Shown in pieces: positions 62,036 through 64,000 of a stretch of DNA of 64,000 nucleotides. Each line of letters starts with the position of its first letter. The stretch's first letter is position 1. The notes under the pieces are model-generated. The model saw only the letters and a program-made list of their open reading frames with translations, was not told where the DNA came from and did no database searches. The position numbers and the translations under genes were made by a program. Origin of the DNA: Allomuricauda sp. (GTDB lineage: Bacteria > Bacteroidota > Bacteroidia > Flavobacteriales > Flavobacteriaceae); assembly GCA_013911645.1 (NCBI GenBank), contig JACESV010000005.1, forward strand, positions 57,677 to 121,676. The letters run 5' to 3'.

Positions 62036-62767
62036 ATGAGCAGTCAAATCTATGGGATAAGGGCCGTTATGGAAGCCATTAACGCCGAACAGCCCATCAA
62101 CAAGATATTTATTCAAAAGGGTCTCAAAGGCGAACTTTACAAAGAACTGGAGTCCTCCGTTCGTAAAAATGGCCTTAGTCTATCCTATGTTCCGGTTGAA
62201 AAACTGAACCGCCTCACCCGAAACAATCATCAGGGTGTAGTGGCACAAATATCCCCCGTACAGTTTCATCAATTTGAAGAGTTGGTGGAACAAGTACTAT
62301 CCAAGGAACAACTTCCCTTGTTTTTGATGCTCGACGGAGTTTCAGATGTTCGAAATTTTGGTGCCATTATCCGAACCGCCGAATGTTGTGGCGTGCATGG
62401 CATTATTATTCCAAAAAATGGTTCGGCCCCCATTACGGACGACACCGTAAAAACCTCTGCTGGCGCAGCTTTTAATGTGCCCATTGCCAAAGTAGATCAT
62501 CTAAAAGATGCCATTTTCTACCTGCAATCTTCAGGTATTGTGGTTACCGGAGCTACCGAAAAAGCCGATGATGAGATCTATGATGTGGACTTTAACCGGC
62601 CTACCGCCATCATCATGGGATCTGAAGAAAAAGGCATTTCCCCTTCTACCCTAAACATTATTGATCACCAAGCAAAGCTCCCGCTAATGGGCAAAATTGG
62701 TTCGTTAAATGTTTCCGTGGCCTGCGGTGTTTTTCTTTATGAAGTTGTTCGGCAACGGAGAGGTTAA
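62036..62767 (+). CDS. rlmB: 23S rRNA (guanosine-2'-O)-methyltransferase, TrmH family
   Basis: NHQGV, DVRNFGAIIRTA, IMGSEEKG and SLNVSVA motifs. Confidence 0.93.
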   Translation: MSSQIYGIRAVMEAINAEQPINKIFIQKGLKGELYKELESSVRKNGLSLSYVPVEKLNRLTRNNHQGVVAQISPVQFHQFEELVEQVLSKEQLPLFLMLDGVSDVRNFGAIIRTAECCGVHGIIIPKNGSAPITDDTVKTSAGAAFNVPIAKVDHLKDAIFYLQSSGIVVTGATEKADDEIYDVDFNRPTAIIMGSEEKGISPSTLNIIDHQAKLPLMGKIGSLNVSVACGVFLYEVVRQRRG

Positions 62768-63486
62768 TCATCGCTGGACTTTTTATAGTGATATTTGATT
62801 TCTATTTTTTGTTCAGGCTCCTCCGTAGTGGTCTCAATAAAATTACCATCTTCATCAAAATGTTTTAGGAAAGGGTCGTCCTCTTCCTTGTAATCTTCCC
62901 GTTCCCAGTCGTACTTACGAACCTCGGGAACTTTTACCTTGGTAACCAATGCCATAATCAACCCCATTACGAAGCCTGCCAGGTGCCCTTCCCACGATAT
63001 GCCATCCTTTACAGGAAAAATATACCAAATCATGCTCCCGTAAATAAAAACCACGATCAATGACAGTGCCACCAACCGATAATGTTTGGCAAAAATTCCC
63101 TTAAAAAAAATAAAGCTCGCCAACAAATAAATTACACCACTCGCGCCAATGTGGTACGATGGTCGTGCAATTGCCCAAGTAAGCAATCCGGACGCCAGTG
63201 TTCCGAACAATAATATCCGAAGCGCCGCACTTTGATAAAAATAGAACAGAAATGCCGTCAACACGGCCAATGGAATGGTATTGTTGTACAAGTGCGTTAT
63301 GGAACCGTGGATAAATGGGCTAAAGAGCACTCCTTTTAATCCAGATAACCTTCTTGGGTAAACTCCATAATCGTTTAGGTTGACGCCAAACTGCACCTCG
63401 ACCCAAAAAACAATCCAAATAGAAAGTACGGCTACCAATGGCGCCAATACTACTGCGTTTGAAAACTTAAATGTATCTGAACCCAT
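62764..63486 (-). CDS. rhomboid-family intramembrane serine protease
   Basis: PFIHGSITHLYNN, catalytic HIGASG and SWEGHLAG. Confidence 0.92.
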   Translation of the reverse strand: MGSDTFKFSNAVVLAPLVAVLSIWIVFWVEVQFGVNLNDYGVYPRRLSGLKGVLFSPFIHGSITHLYNNTIPLAVLTAFLFYFYQSAALRILLFGTLASGLLTWAIARPSYHIGASGVIYLLASFIFFKGIFAKHYRLVALSLIVVFIYGSMIWYIFPVKDGISWEGHLAGFVMGLIMALVTKVKVPEVRKYDWEREDYKEEDDPFLKHFDEDGNFIETTTEEPEQKIEIKYHYKKSSDD

Positions 63487-63606
63487 ATACTCACAAAATC
63501 AAACATCCCACCACAACCTTAAATGTATACAAATTGTCAGGTCAACAACAAAAATCCTTTCCAAAGTAAGAACAATGGACCATCAAATTTATTTTATTTT
63601 TACTCC

Positions 63607-64000
63607 ATGAACGAACCTTTGGCAGAACGAATACGGCCTAAAACTTTAGAGGATTACATCAGTCAACAACATTTGGTGGGAAAGCAAGGCGCTTTGACCA
63701 CCCAAATCAAAAACGGTGTTATCCCATCCTTGATATTCTGGGGTCCCCCTGGAACGGGAAAAACCACCTTGGCCAACATTATTGCATCTGAAAGCCAACG
63801 GCCCTTTTACACTTTGAGTGCCATTAGCAGTGGTGTAAAGGATGTTCGAGAGGTGATTGACAAAGCTAAGCAAAGCGGGGGATTGTTCACTTCCAAAAAC
63901 CCTATTCTTTTTATTGATGAGATTCATCGTTTTAGTAAATCCCAACAGGATTCATTGCTCGGTGCGGTGGAAAAAGGTTGGGTGACACTTATTGGGGCAA
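63607..64000 (+). CDS. rarA: replication-associated recombination protein A (partial, runs off the window; not in the ORF track)
   Basis: Hand translation MNEPLAERIRPKTLEDY...WGPPGTGKTT...LFIDEIHRFSKSQQDSLL. Confidence 0.95.
   Translation, partial: MNEPLAERIRPKTLEDYISQQHLVGKQGALTTQIKNGVIPSLIFWGPPGTGKTTLANIIASESQRPFYTLSAISSGVKDVREVIDKAKQSGGLFTSKNPILFIDEIHRFSKSQQDSLLGAVEKGWVTLIGA

Overview
Core-genome segment of a Flavobacteriaceae (Bacteroidota) chromosome. A marine Muricauda/Flagellimonas-like organism is inferred from protein sequences, TAnnTTTG promoters and lack of Shine-Dalgarno motifs. Positions ~37.2-54.4 kb (minus strand) hold the full str-S10-spc-alpha ribosomal protein supercluster (rpsL to rplQ, no tuf/adk/map), including rpmJ and rpmD, which the ORF track missed. 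The rest is mostly housekeeping: pyrE, birA, rsfS-ftsH-cdsA-psd, valS, murB, lipA, gap, lpxK, gltA, glgA, eno, carA, rlmB and partial rarA. No tRNA, rRNA, CRISPR array, transposase or prophage was seen. The most interesting signals are: (1) an ORF-less, structured ~145-nt candidate sRNA with UUGGU repeats, apparently driven by an ECF-type promoter divergent from an ECF sigma/RskA-like anti-sigma pair; (2) a GH109 - GHMP kinase - nucleotidyltransferase - alkylglycerol-monooxygenase-like cluster suggesting a GalNAc-1-P/UDP-GalNAc salvage route; (3) an NqrM-like 4-Cys membrane peptide ahead of an orphan ECF sigma and lipA; (4) structured intergenic leaders/attenuators before rplC, rpsD and rplQ; (5) four GTCA...TGAC-type REP/MITE-like palindromic repeats; (6) an AT-rich orphan secreted-protein gene; (7) a CAZyme-free SusC/SusD/lipoprotein locus divergent from rpsL. 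All functional calls are by-eye motif recognition; no searches were run.
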